Positions 21,688-45,053 of a stretch of 64,000 bases of DNA are shown here, one piece after another. A model generated the notes under the pieces. It searched no databases, was not told where the DNA came from, and worked only from the letters and a program-made list of their open reading frames with translations. The first letter of the stretch is position 1; each line of letters opens with the position of its first letter. Made by a program: the position numbers and the translations under genes. Source of the stretch: Macrostomum lignano (Eukaryota); NCBI GenBank assembly GCA_002269645.1, contig NIVC01000222.1, forward strand, positions 124,001 through 188,000, given 5' to 3'.

Positions 21688-23893
21688 CTATACTGTATGA
21701 GCAGAAAAAAGATCGTAATCAAGCGGCCGGCACTGCTGCATGGCTAATATTATAGAACTTGCTACTTCTGCAGCAGTGCTGGTGGCCTGCTTGCGGCAAA
21801 TCTGGCAGAGCACATTATAAGACGGGTTCCGGTCGTGGTCAACGAAGCCATAGGTTCGCCTCCAGCGGTGGTAGGCGTTGTACTTCTCAGAATCTGCCGC
21901 TAAACTCTCCTGACCGCGGGGCCCCACAACCCGTTGGAGTATATCTTCTCCGTGATATAGTCGCGACAGAATACATTTTCAAAGCTCAGGTGAAAATAGT
22001 ACTACCTAGAAAGGTCAACCATGCTCTGACTGTCTGGCAGTGCTCTGTTGCCGCAACGTCCGTAGAGGTGCAGCTCCATGTCCTTGGCGTCAGAATCTCT
22101 TGCCGACGGTTGAACGGCAGTTGGACACGGCTATGAAGCTGAGGTATCTATTCTCAGCAAGGGAAACCTTCGGTGGCAGAGCGATCGGTCTGGAATGTAG
22201 GGCAGCGGTTTCGATTGAAAATTTCATCCAGGGGCGTCGCCATGGATTTTATGTTGGGGGGGGGACAAAGCCGAGAATTCCAAATGTACATGACTAAACT
22301 CCTACATGTACAATATTTTCAAAATCGGTGTCATCAATCATTTTAGCGCCGCAGGCACTCATTTCGGCGCCGCAGGCACTCAGTTTAGTGCCACCGCAGG
22401 CGCTATACTTTGTCACCCTGAAACAAAATTATTGATTTCCACAAGGTGGAGTGGGGTGGACAAAGCATTGGCATGTCCCCCCGATAGATTTTACTGGGGG
22501 GGGGCATGTCCCCCCCTGTCCCCCCCCCTCGGTGGCGACGCCCCTGATTTCATCATCCCTAGGCAGCTTAATTCCTCTAGCTGGTATTTACAGATAGCTT
22601 TTTCAATTCTGGAATCAAATCACAAGCAGTAAGTTAAGTGATTCCGAGTACTTGTTAAGTTGAGAAGGGATGGGAAAAGGTGGGAAAGATGGGAAAAGGG
22701 AGAGCTCAGAACGGTAAGCATTATACTCTCTTAAGCCAGCCCTTTTCCGATGAACAACGCTTTAGAGTCATTTCAGGTGACACAGGTAAAATAGGAAATA
22801 AGTGAGTCTAGACGACTCTAAAACGACAAGATGTCACATGTCACGGAACAAGTCGCCAAAAAGTCGTCGAAGAGACGCCTAAGAGTCAATTTGAGGCTCT
22901 GGGGCGCTTCAATAATGACTATGGGGCCATAGAGTCGTATCTGAGGCGTGCTGGAGTCTCTGTAGAATCACTGAGTTGCGTCTAAAGCGCATCTGCCTCA
23001 CTTTATCAATTATAATTGCATTTCGAATTTATAACAACTCTATTTAGTCTACTTGAGGTAGTAGAAAGTGTTAAGCGCTAAAACTGAAAGACTCTTGGAC
23101 GACTTTCGCGACTCTTACAATTCTACAACTCGTGATGCGCTCGTGACTTAACAGTCGCCTCTCCGTCGCATTGCAGTCGTTAAAGTTGTTGAAGATTCGC
23201 CTAATAGTCGCTTGAGTCACTAGTGAGTTGTTTCCAATGGCTATTTAACAATTCTTGCCACGGGTAACGCTTTCAATGGGATTTTAAGCGGACCTACCTG
23301 CTGTGTAGTTGTAAGGCCTACAACAGTATACGCGGAAGTAGCCGCCATCTCCTTACCCGCTATGCGTCTCTCCAGTCGCGCTGGCAACCGGCTCAAACCG
23401 ATAGTAGGGCGTGTAGATTGTCGAATCTCGTCGGTAAGTCATCGTCCAATTGAAGTAATTCGCCTCCTCAGTCGTGTCCGGGTTTTCTCGCAACAGGTAG
23501 GAAGGAAACGTGAACTGTTTAAAGTAGGCCAGAGTGTCGTCAACAAAGGATAACCAGGTCGCTTTCAAGCAATGCTGGCCGCATCGTTGAGTAGTCAGAG
23601 GCATCGGACTCTCGATGCTGTAGTAGATCCACAGCTGATTCCGTGGCAGCGTCTGTCGCATGCGACGCAGGCGTTTCTGACTGGGCAAATCGTATAGGTG
23701 TGAAACAGCAGGGCGTGGGCCTGTGAGTGGTCAGCAATGAGCCGGCAGTTGGAGGCGGAGACAGGCACCAAACTAGGCTGCAGCACCTCATTCCAGTAGC
23801 TGTAGCTGCGGAAGATTCTGGTAGCCAAGCCGATGCAGGTGGCGTTGGCTGGACAGCCGACGCTGGTAGTTAACGTACCGTGACGACGATAGC
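21688..23893 (-). pseudogene. Alpha-1,3-fucosyltransferase (GT10) pseudogene
   Basis: Exon 23893-23357 has C..IAD...AHALLFH, a frameshift, then NQLWIYYSIESP and FNWTMTYRRDS..YTPY. Exon 22608-21688 (phase 2) has AVSNC, LYGRCG, FENVFCRDYITEK and Y..Y.RWR..Y...C.IC. It carries an in-frame TAG, frameshifts, an apparent deletion and a MITE insertion. Confidence 0.9.
22229..22546. mobile_element. hAT-type MITE inserted in the FucT coding exon
   Basis: 14-bp perfect TIR CAGGGGCGTCGCCA. The 8-bp TSD ATTTCATC is at 22221-22228 and 22547-22554. Confidence 0.95.
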
Positions 23894-24809
23894 CTACTCA
23901 GTTTAGTAAACAGTGAGATTAAAAGGGATAAATCATAGTAGAAAGTACATAGGCATAATAAAGCTTGTTGACAACAGGGTATTCTAGGACAGTCATGTGT
24001 TAACTATACCACAGCGTGTCCCTAATTAATTGTACAATCGATTCTCGATGCCATGGGCAACCAGAATGCTGTGTACATCTCTTAATAGGCTTGCATTTTT
24101 ATCTAAAAATAGCTTTTTTTGTCAAAGCTCAAACAAGATCTGAAAAATGATGGCAAAATCTGTAGGTAGCGGGCTAGATTAGCAGTAGATTACTGCTAAC
24201 AGCTTGAATGTATACTATCTGCGTATATCGCTTGCAGAATTTTCGTTATTTTAAAAAAAATTTCATTGCAGTCATGTGTCTGCGCGTCGTTGCGTGCGTG
24301 TACTCGACAACCTCTATGCAGAAACCACAAGCTTAAGAAAGTTTTTAGTGTCTATTATCTTTGAGAATGAGCAGTTTTCAAAGTCTAGTAGTGTTATATA
24401 GGTGCTTTAAAGAGAAACGGCAAAAGCTTTTATCGGCAGAACAGACACTTGATTAGATAGTTGACTGTTGGCGACTGTAGTTGGGCCCTGGAAAATTTTT
24501 TAAACTGCTAGAAAATGTAGCGAACGTTAAAGCCAGCATTTCGAGCCATCGGATTAGTAAATAAAGGGTGGGTATCTTATCTCCTTGCCTCAACGACCTT
24601 GGCTCAATTGATCTCGAGTCTAATCTCAAATGGCCAGAGTGAGAACCTGCTTTTTCCGGCACAAGAAATTCTTAGATTTTTTAAAAGGCGTAACTAGGTT
24701 GTAAGCGGTTTAGAAGTTTTCTGACAGACATTTTTTGTTATAACTTGGAACTACCAAAAGCCAAACAGAATTTACCATCAGACTAAAGAATTTTTCTGAT
24801 TTCTTCACA

Positions 24810-35137
<10,328 letters not shown>

Positions 35138-37139
35138 GCCGTTTATAGGAAATCAGTCTCGCGCATAGACTTGATTAACTGATATAACCTTTACCGTACA
35201 AACGCAATCTAAAACTATCTTTAAAACGGAAGGCCACTATACGAACTAAATCTACTCCTTCAAGAAAAAACCAATAAATATAAATGAAACAACTATTTAA
35301 AAATTCATTGACATCCTTGATTATCAAGTGCAAGACAAGTAAAGTTGGCGTTACGCCGTTACATCATTTTATGATTGATTTTTATCCAGTGTGACTGAGA
35401 TGTTTGATGATTATCCAATGTCACTGAAATGATAAATGATTATCCCGTGTGACTGAAATGATTGATGATTATTCCGTGTGACTGAAATTACTGATGATTA
35501 TTCCGTGTGACTAATGACTATCCTGATGATAAAATGTTCAAAAGCTAAGAAAAGATTTAATTAGCAATAAAAGTACATTTTATGGTAGTTTCCATTTTTT
35601 GTTGAAAGGTCTTTAAGGGCTTAGCCACGAAGATCAAGTATAGCAAACAAATGAAGATCGTTATATTTGTGCGTAGCAATTTTAGCATCGTTATATTATT
35701 TAAGTATGGACAGAAGACAAGATTACAAAATACCATAGCACACAAAGCAAAATTACACAAAAATATATAAAAACCGCAGTTTTCATATTTAGAACCAAGT
35801 CGATTACAACAAATAGTTGTTAGTCACTACATCAGCTATGTAATAGCAAAACTTAAAACAAAAAAGTTTAGAAAGCACAACATTGCTGGTTCCACTTGCC
35901 ACTAAGTAAAAGTGCATAAACTACTTTAATCAGTAATATGAGCCGTGTGAAGGACAACATAGATAAACAAAATTACAAAAAAGTACATTTAAGTAATTAA
36001 AAAATTAACGTAGCAGATTAACAAATCGTAGAAAGTGCGAAAAGAACATAAAAATTGAAGAGTCGCACAACAAAAAACCCCTGAAAACAGTGAGAACACA
36101 GAAATCACAGATTTTGTTTATTTATTAATTTGATATTGCCAGAAAAAAAACACAATTTTCAGAATTTTGATAAAAGAAAAAAGATCAACAGAAAAATGAG
36201 GAATTGGGAAAAAAAAACTACTAGCTACTCAATAAGTAGTGTGTTGTAGTAGGAATACTGGAATTTTTCAAATTTCATAAGAAATCACAGTGTATCAGTT
36301 GTAATGATGCTTGTTGCTTTGCAAATCACAATAAAAATACTATGTAAACCATAATTCAAGCACATAGCATATTATGCTACAAAGTGCAGAACGTACTATT
36401 AAATAAAAGCCTGAAACGATTCGATTGATATCAAAACTAATTAATTAAATTGAGTCATGCTATTAATTATGCGCTTTAATAAGCTTAATAAATGGATTAA
36501 TAATATTAATTAAACAATGTAAAAATTAAAATATTTAGTATTCAATAGATAAAAATCCTTTAAAATCTTGCCCAGCACAAAAGCATAACAGACTGAAAAT
36601 TATGAGTGCTAAAAGTTTAAAACCACAATTTATAAAACAAAACCGAAAAAACAAGGTTTAACAATTTTGTTAAAACCGAGCAGGCCAAATAGGTCAAATT
36701 TAACTGATATTTTGTTTAAAATGCGAGTGAAAAAAACACGGCAAACGAAAAGAAAAATGAAAAAAGCAAACCTGTCACTTCAGATTAACCAATTTGGCAA
36801 TTGGACCCAAAAATAGACAGCTGTAATTTATTAAGTAAATATATACTTGCCATTTAAACTATGGAAATTGTCAATGGAATCTGTCAGTAGTTAATAAGAG
36901 GAACGCGATAAAATTTAAAGAATGTCAGGATAAATATTGCAAATAACCGTAAAATTAATTTATAATTTTATAATAAATTATAAAAACCGTAAACCAACAA
37001 AGCCAAACTTGGAGGAAATGAATATAAAAATTTCCAGGAAAAAATGAAGTCAAATCCACAGGAGCAAAATAAAAGAAATTTTTGCGAATGTCGAAATTTG
37101 TACTATTAGAATTCAGGCAGAATTTCGTTAACTTTCGGA

Positions 37140-37575
37140 TTTGGGATATTTAAAGTCGGAATTAGGATTCTTAAAATCGGGATTGGGATTCTTAGAATCG
37201 GGACTCGGGTTCTTGGAAACAGGATTTGGATTCTTAGAAACGAGATTGGGAATTTGGGATTCGTAGAATCGGAATTAGTATTCCTAGAATTGGAATTGGT
37301 ATTCCTAGAATCGGAATAGGGATTTTTGGAATCGGGATTGGGATTGTTAGAATCGGGATTGGGAATTTGGGATTCTTAGAATCGGAAACAGTATTCCTAG
37401 AATCGGGATTGGGAATGTGGAATTCTTAGAATCGGAACTGATATTCTTAGAATCGGGATTGGGATTCTGAGAATCAGGATTGGGATTTCGAGAATCAGGA
37501 TGGGGATTCTGAGAAGCAGGATTGGGATTCTTATAATCGAAACTGAGGTTCTAAGAAACAAAATTCGGACTGGAA
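37140..37575. repeat. About 21-bp degenerate array (GATTCTTAGAATCGGGATTGG) in the GAS2-like 3' region
   Basis: Direct reading of the sequence. Confidence 0.8.
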
Positions 37576-37768
37576 TTCCAATAATTTGGATAAGCTAATG
37601 GTTGTTAGCATGGACAGACATGGGGTGTGCTTAAAAAATATTACCAAACAACGGAATGAATTTCAAACTGGAATCACATTAAAACTGCAAAACAAACAGT
37701 TCTATACAGATTTAAAAAAGAAGTAAACAAAAATCAGTAGGTAAATTAGTCACTTATCACTAAACCGA

Positions 37769-40191
37769 TTAAGCATTGTCCTGATCTGCAGGAGCTGTTG
37801 CAGCAGTTTTATATCTAACTTTACCCTGGGCCACGCTGTACGTGTTAAGACCCTCGGTGACCAGAGCCAGCCGGTCCGGTTCGTGATATTTCAGGTAGTC
37901 CTCAAGCGTTACCCAGCCGCCGCCGACGCGAACCATTTTGGTATTGCGGAAAACTCTAACAGCCAGCTTTGGTTTTTGTTGCTGTGGCTGCTGTTGCTGC
38001 TGCCGTTGTTGCTGCTTCTGCTGGCTCAAGTTGGAGCTCTGCCGACCGCCGCTGGTTAAACGTTGATCAGAGACGACTGAAGGTCTTCGCTGCTGCCGTT
38101 GCTTAAAATTTAGTGGCGATTTTATGTGATTGGAGCATAGCTGGAGATGGGGTGCAACTGGAGATCTGGGAGGCTGGCCCAGCAACTAGGGATCTGGGAG
38201 GCTGGCCCAGCAACTGGGGATCTGGGAGGCTGGCCCAGCAACTGGGGATCTGGGAGACTGGCCCAGCAACTGGGGATCTAGGAGGCTGGCCCAGCAGCTG
38301 AGGCGATGTGAAATGATACTCGAATCCCACATTACAAGCTCTCACCTGCCCAGCACTACTCGGTCTCTGAGGCTTTCTCTGAAGCTGCTGCTGAGCAGTC
38401 TGCTGATTTTGCTTCAAAGACCTGAGCGGCTGCTGCTGCTGCAGAGACTGCTTCCTCAGCTGCTGAGTTCGATCAGTTTTAGAACCCCCCGCCGATCCAG
38501 CAGCAGTCGACGTCGATGTTGTCGATTTTCTAGTCGCCGATGTCGGCTTAACTTTTTGAGCCGCACTTTTTAAACCATTGCCACCAGCGTTGCCATTCTT
38601 GCCACTGTCAGTAGGCTGTCTAGCGTCGGATTTTTTCTTTGGAGTTGGAGCGCTTCCGACGCTTCCGTCGCAGATGTCGCCAGCGGACGATGACCGCTGC
38701 CTGACGTAGCCGCTGCCGGCAGATGCACAGGCGCCAAATTCGTCATTTGACGCCTCCGAGGACGTCGATGCTGCGGACAATTCAATCATTGTCGGCGTGG
38801 CAGCGGCAACGGCTCCAGATGTCGAAGTCGATGTCGACAGGCCGTCGATTTCTCGTTCTAGTCGAACAATCTGGGGCGCCGGTAAGCCGAGGTTCGGACA
38901 GGCTCTGGCTAGCTGGAGCAGGGTGAGCACCAGGTTGCGCTCTTCGCGCCGCTCCACCAAGCCGGAGGTCTCGAACAGCAGCACGTCATCAAGGCGTTGA
39001 TCGGAGCGGCACCAGGTGAGGAACACGGAGATGTTGTCGCGTGCCAGGAAACTGCCGGCTCGGGCCGACTGGTGACAGCGGCGCGGCGACTGGCCCGCTG
39101 CTGACTGTGGTTGGGAAGCGGGGGCGGATTGGGGGCGGAAAATTTTACAGAGGGGTAAAGACAAAAACGGCAGAAAAAGAGTAGCGGCGGAATAGAATGC
39201 TAGGGTGGTAATGGAGCGCGATAAGAGGAGGCGGATAAAAAGCGAATGGGGTGTATAAAGAGAGAAAAGGGGGGCGGATAAGGAGCGATAGGGTGCGGAT
39301 AAAGAGCGATAGGGGGCGGATAAAGAGCGATAGGGGGGGGCGGATAAAGAGCGATGGGGGGGGCGGAGAAAGAGCGATAGGGGGGATAAAGAGCGATAAG
39401 GGGCGGATAAAGAGCGATAGGGAGGGGCGGATAAAGAGCGATAGGGGGGGGCGGATAAAGAGCGATGGGGGGGCAGATAAAGAGCGATAGGGGGGATAAA
39501 GAGCGATAGGGGCGGATAAAGAGCCATAGGGGGCGCATAAAGAGCGATAGGGGGGATAAAGAGCGATAGGGGGCGCATAAAGAGCGATAGGGGGGGCAGA
39601 TAAAGAGCGATAGGGGGGGGGTAAAGAGCGACAGGGGGGGCGGATAAAGAGCGATAGGGGGGCGGATAAAGAGCGATAGGGGGCGGATAAAGAGCAATAG
39701 GGGCGTGGCGAATAAAGAGTGATAATGGGCGGACGGATAAAGAACGGTAAAAGGTGCAGATTAAAGTTCATCATGATTATATTAAAAAAACTAACCTGCA
39801 TTTTTTGCATAAGCCGACACAGCAGTACTCCATTCTCCAAATAGTCCAGGTAATTTTCCGGGTCTATTGGCGTACTCAATTCTGAAATAAAACAATTTAA
39901 TTTAATTAGAATTTAACTCATAACAGGGTAAACAGCGAGAGCAAAATCACACTGTCTCCCACAGAATTTCAAGGGCCGACTAGAGCGCACCGGACAGCGC
40001 ATAGTCGAACGCCTCGTCATCTAATTAGTGAAACTAAAAAACTTACCAAGCAGTTGACTGAGCCATTCGCACAGATCGTCTCGAATCAACTCGAGCGCTC
40101 TATCCAAGCTTTGCTGAAATTTCCCAACTGATTCGGAATCCTCAGCGCGCTCGGGATCCGGGTTCGCTTCTAAGGATGCTGAGTTGGCCAT
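37769..40191 (-). CDS. GAS2L: GAS2-like protein (CH domain plus GAR domain), 4 coding exons
   Basis: Exons 40191-40047, 39881-39796, 39104-38346 and 38140 (or 38101)-37769. CH motifs: DLCEWL, LENGVLLC, GSFLARDNISVFLTWCR, LFETSGLV. GAR motif: MVRVGGGWVTLEDYL..HEP. Confidence 0.9.
38155..38300 (-). repeat. 28-bp dispersed minisatellite, copy 4 (GAS2-like intron)
   Basis: Reverse complement of the unit at 4755. Confidence 0.9.
39245..39715. repeat. About 21-23-bp intronic minisatellite (GCGGATAAAGAGCGATAGGGG)
   Basis: Tandem copies with variable G runs. Confidence 0.9.
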
Positions 40192-40271
40192 TCTGCCCGC
40201 ATCTGTTATAGTAGTCCCCGGCTGCACTGGACTGGAGAGAAGGACTGCAACTGAAGTTTGTGAAATAGAAG

Positions 40272-43200
40272 TATCTACTTTTGCATCTATCTGCCAATTT
40301 ACCATATCTACCTACGGATCTACTTCTGCACCTATCTGCCACTTTACCATATCTACCTACGGATCTACTTCTGCATCTATCTGCCAATTTACCATATCTA
40401 CCTACGGATCTACTTCTGCATCTATCTGCCAATTTACCATATCTACCTACGGATCTACTTCTGCATCTATCTGCCAATTTACCATATCTACCTACGGATC
40501 TACTTCTGCATCTATCTGCCAATTTACCATATCTACCTACGGATCTACTTCTGCATCTATCTGCCAATTTACCATATCTACCTACGGATCTACTTCTGCA
40601 TCTATCTGCCAATTTACCATATCTACCTACGGATCTACTTCTGCATCTATCTGCCAATTTACCATATCTACCTACGGATCTACTTCTGCATCTATCTGCC
40701 AATTTACCATATCTACCTACGGATCTACTTCTGCATCTATCTGCCAATTTACCATATCTACCTACGGATCTACTTCTGCATCTATCTGCCAATTTACCAT
40801 ATCTACCTACGGATCTACTTCTGAATCAATCTGCCAATTTACCATATCTACCTACGGATCTACTTCTGCATCTATCTGCCAATTTACCATATCTACCTAC
40901 GGATCTACTTCTGCACCTATCTGCCACTTTACCATATCTACCTACGGATCTACTTCTGCATCTATCTGCCAATTTACCATATCTACCTACGGATCTACTT
41001 CTGCATCTATCTGCCAATTTACCATATCTACCTACGGATCTACTTCTGAATCAATCTGCCAATTTACCATATCTACCTACGATTTCTACTTCTGCATCTA
41101 TCTGCCAATTTACCATATCTACCTACGGATCTACTTCTGCATCTATCTGCCAATTTACCATATCTACCTACGGATCTACTTCTGCACCTATCTGCCACTT
41201 TACCATATCTACCTACGGATCTACTTCTGCATCTATCTGCCAATTTACCATATCTACCTACGGATCTACTTCTGCATCTATCTGCCAATTTACCATATCT
41301 ACCTACGGATCTACTTCTGAATCAATCTGCCAATTTAACATATCTACCTACGGATCTACTTCTGCATATATCTGCCAATTTACCATATCTACCTACGGAT
41401 CTACTTCTGCACCTATCTGCCACTTTACCATATCTACCTACGGATCTACTTCTGCATCTATCTGCCAATTTACCATATCTACCTACGGATCTACTTCTGC
41501 ATCTATCTGCTAATTTACCATATCTACCTACGGATTTACTTCTGCATCTATCTGCCAATTTACCATATCTACCTACGGATCTACTTCTGCATCTATCTGC
41601 CAATTTACCATATCTACCTACGGATCTACTTCTGCATCTATCTGCCAATTTACCATATCTACCTACGATTTCTACTTCTGCATCTATCTGCCAATTTACC
41701 ATATCTACCTACGGATCTACTTCTGCATCTATCTGCCAATTTACCATATCTACCTACGGATCTACTTCTGCATCTATCTGCCAATTTACCATATCTACCT
41801 ACGGATCTACTTCTGCATCTATCTGCCAATTTACCATATCTACCTACGGATCTACTTCTGCATCTATCTGCCAATTTACCATATCTACCTACGGATCTAC
41901 TTCTGCATCTATCTGCCAATTTACCATATCTACCTACGGATCTACTTCTGCATCTATCTGCCAATTTACCATATCTACCTACGGATCTACTTCTGCATCT
42001 ATCTGCCAATTTACCATATCTACCTACGGATCTACTTCTGCATCTATCTGCCAATTTACCATATCTACCTACGGATCTACTTCTGCATCTATCTGCCAAT
42101 TTACCATATCTACCTACGGATCTACTTCTGCATCTATCTGCCAATTTACCATATCTACCTACGGATCTACTTCTGCATCTATCTGCCAATTTACCATATC
42201 TACCTGCGGATTTACTTCTGCATCTATCTGCCAATTTACCATATCTACCTACGGATCTACTTCTGCATCTATCTGCCAATTTACCATATCTACCTACGGA
42301 TCTACTTCTGCATCTATCTGCCAATTTACCATATCTACCTACGGATCTACTTCTGCATCTATCTGCCAATTTACCATATCTACCTACGGATCTACTTCTG
42401 CACCTATCTGCCACTTTACCATATCTACCTACGGATCTACTTCTGCATCTATCTGCCAATTTACCATATCTACCTACGGATCTACTTCTGCATCTATCTG
42501 CCAATTTACCATATCTACCTACGGATCTACTTCTGAATCAATCTGCCAATTTAACATATCTACCTACGGATCTACTTCTGCATCTATCTGCCAATTTACC
42601 ATATCTACCTACGGATCTACTTCTTCATCTATCTGCCAATTTACCATATCTACCTACGGATCTACTTCTGCACCTATCTGCCACTTTACCATATCTACCT
42701 ACGGATCTACTTCTGCATCTATCTGCCAATTTACCATATCTACCTACGGATCTACTTCTGCATCTATCTGCCAATTTACCATATCTACCTACGGATCTAC
42801 TTCTGAATCAATCTGCCAATTTAACATATCTACCTACGGATCTACTTCTGCATATATCTGCCAATTTACCATATCTACCTACGGATCTACTTCTGCATCT
42901 ATCTGCCAATTTACCATATCTACCTACGGATCTACTTCTGCATCTATCTGCCAATTTACCATATCTACCTACGGATCTACTTCTGCATCTATCTGCCAAT
43001 TTACCATATCTACCTACGGATCTACTTCTGCATCTATCTGCCAATTTACCATATCTACCTACGGATCTACTTCTGCATCTATCTGCCAATTTACCATATC
43101 TACCTACGGATCTACTTCTGCATCTATCTGCCAATTTACCATATCTACCTACGGATCTACTTCTGCATCTATCTGCCAATTTACCATATCTACCTACGGA

Positions 43201-43630
43201 TCTACTTCTGCATCTATCTGCCAATTTACCATATCTACCTACGGATCTACTTCTGCATTTATCTGCCAATTTACCATATCTACCTACGGATTTACTTCTG
43301 CATCTATCTGCCAATTTACCATATCTACCTACGGATCTACTTCTGCATCTATCTGCCAATTTACCATATCTACCTACGGATTTACTTCTGCATCTATCTG
43401 CCAATTTACCATATCTACCTACGGATCTACTTCTGCATCTATCTGCCAATTTACCATATCTACCTACGGATCTACTTCTGCATCTATCTGCCAATTTACC
43501 ATATCTACCTACGGATCTACTTCTGCATCTATCTGCCAATTTACCATATCTACCTACGGATCTACTTCTGCATCTATCTGCCAATTTACCATATCTACCT
43601 ACGGATCTACTTCTGCATCTATCTGCCAAT
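40272..43630. repeat. 45-bp tandem array, about 75 copies
   Basis: Unit ATCTATCTGCCAATTTACCATATCTACCTACGGATCTACTTCTGC, nearly identical copies. Confidence 0.98.
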
Positions 43631-44569
43631 CTGCCTACAGATCTATATCTATATCTACTAGATCTATATCTATATGGAGCTACTCTACTTAAAATTGAAT
43701 AAAGGAGGCAAAGTGAACAGTTTACAATACTCATACCAAAAGCGATCCAACTATTAAACAAGCATGCAGACATTGTTTGTCACTGAAAAAAATTTAATAA
43801 TTAGTCAGGCGAGAAGTTAATACAGTAGATATAAAATATCAGACAATTTGATTTCATAATATAAAAATCAAGCTATAAATAATTTGTGTAAAAAAATGTT
43901 CAGATAGATAATAAAACACATCAAGAGGTCAACTTTAACGTTCATAAATTTCCTGTAAATTTTATGTAACAATAAAACCAACTAAAAAGTGCATTATGCG
44001 TGCAAGGAGAGGTGCAAGATAAAAGTGACTGCACAATATGTTAGAGTAATTAGAGTATAAACATGTACTAGTATAGGATTACTAAATTTATGCTATATAA
44101 CAAAACGACTTAAAACAATTTGGAATGTGTGGAATTACCTCAAAATTGATAGTTTAAAAAGTAATAAAATTTAAACGTTTAAATTTACTAGTGAGTAGTA
44201 TACACAGCGCTTGGTCACCGAAATTTATTTATAAAAAAGAATTAGGGAACTCAACAACTTGAAAAATGCAGATTCTCTTTGTTCAAGACCTACCAAAACT
44301 TTTACCACCTGATATGATACTATAATAGATATTAAGTATTAACGATGGGCAAAACGCAAAATATAAACATTAAAGTTGATATGGGTTACTAAAATTAACA
44401 AAACAACTGCGACTTAATCATTGCGGGGCAGAACCGCCCACCAATAAAAGTAAGACTGGCAGGCAAAAAAAACTTTATTGAGTGGCCTGCGAGGAACACC
44501 CAGCTTTAAACCGGTTTAGGGAGGTAACTGACAGGACACAATTAATACGCTTGATGGACACAGATCCAG

Positions 44570-45045
44570 GGAGACAGACAAATTCTGAGGGGAGATGGAC
44601 ACACATCCTGAGGGGGGCAGACAAAAATCCTGAGGGGGGGGAGACACAAATCCTGAGTGGGGCAGACACAAATCCTGAGGGGGGGAGACACAAATCCTGA
44701 GGGGGGCAGACACAAATCCTGATTGGGAGACAGACACAAATCCTGATTGGGAGACAGACACAAATCCTGATTGGGAGACAGACACAAATCCTGATTGGGA
44801 GACAGACACAAATCCTGATTGGGAGACAGACACAAATCCTGAGGAGGGGACAGACAAATCCTGATTGGGAGACAGACACAAATCCTGATTGGGAGACAGA
44901 CACAAATCCTGATTGGGAGACAGATACAAATCTTGATTAGGAAACAGACACAAATCTTGATTAGGAAACAGACACAAATCCCGAGAATGAAGATGGACAC
45001 AAATCCTGATTGGGAGACAGACACAAATCGGGGGGGGGGACACAA
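44570..45045. repeat. 22-24-bp array (ACACAAATCCTGATTGGGAGACAG) directly after the CCDC88-like stop codon
   Basis: Direct reading of the sequence. Confidence 0.9.
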
Positions 45046-45053
45046 CAGCAGAA

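Noticed and set aside
21688-21927. YGF...LCQIC motif first read as a hAT BED-like zinc finger
   Set aside because: It is collinear with FENxxCxDYITEK and matches the GT10 fucosyltransferase C-terminus.
22740-23250. GAGTC/GACTC/GTCGCC-rich degenerate stretch in the FucT intron
   Set aside because: It is probably an old TIR element, but I could not define ends or a TSD.
40272-43630. CRISPR-like appearance of regular arrays (also 60405-61055 and 16981-17350)
   Set aside because: There are no unique spacers and no cas genes, and the context is eukaryotic.
40142-43773. Long ORFs (SASICQFTISTYGST; ADRCRSRSVGRYGKL) in the 45-bp array
   Set aside because: The unit length is a multiple of 3 and stop-free by chance on both strands. 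There is no coding context.
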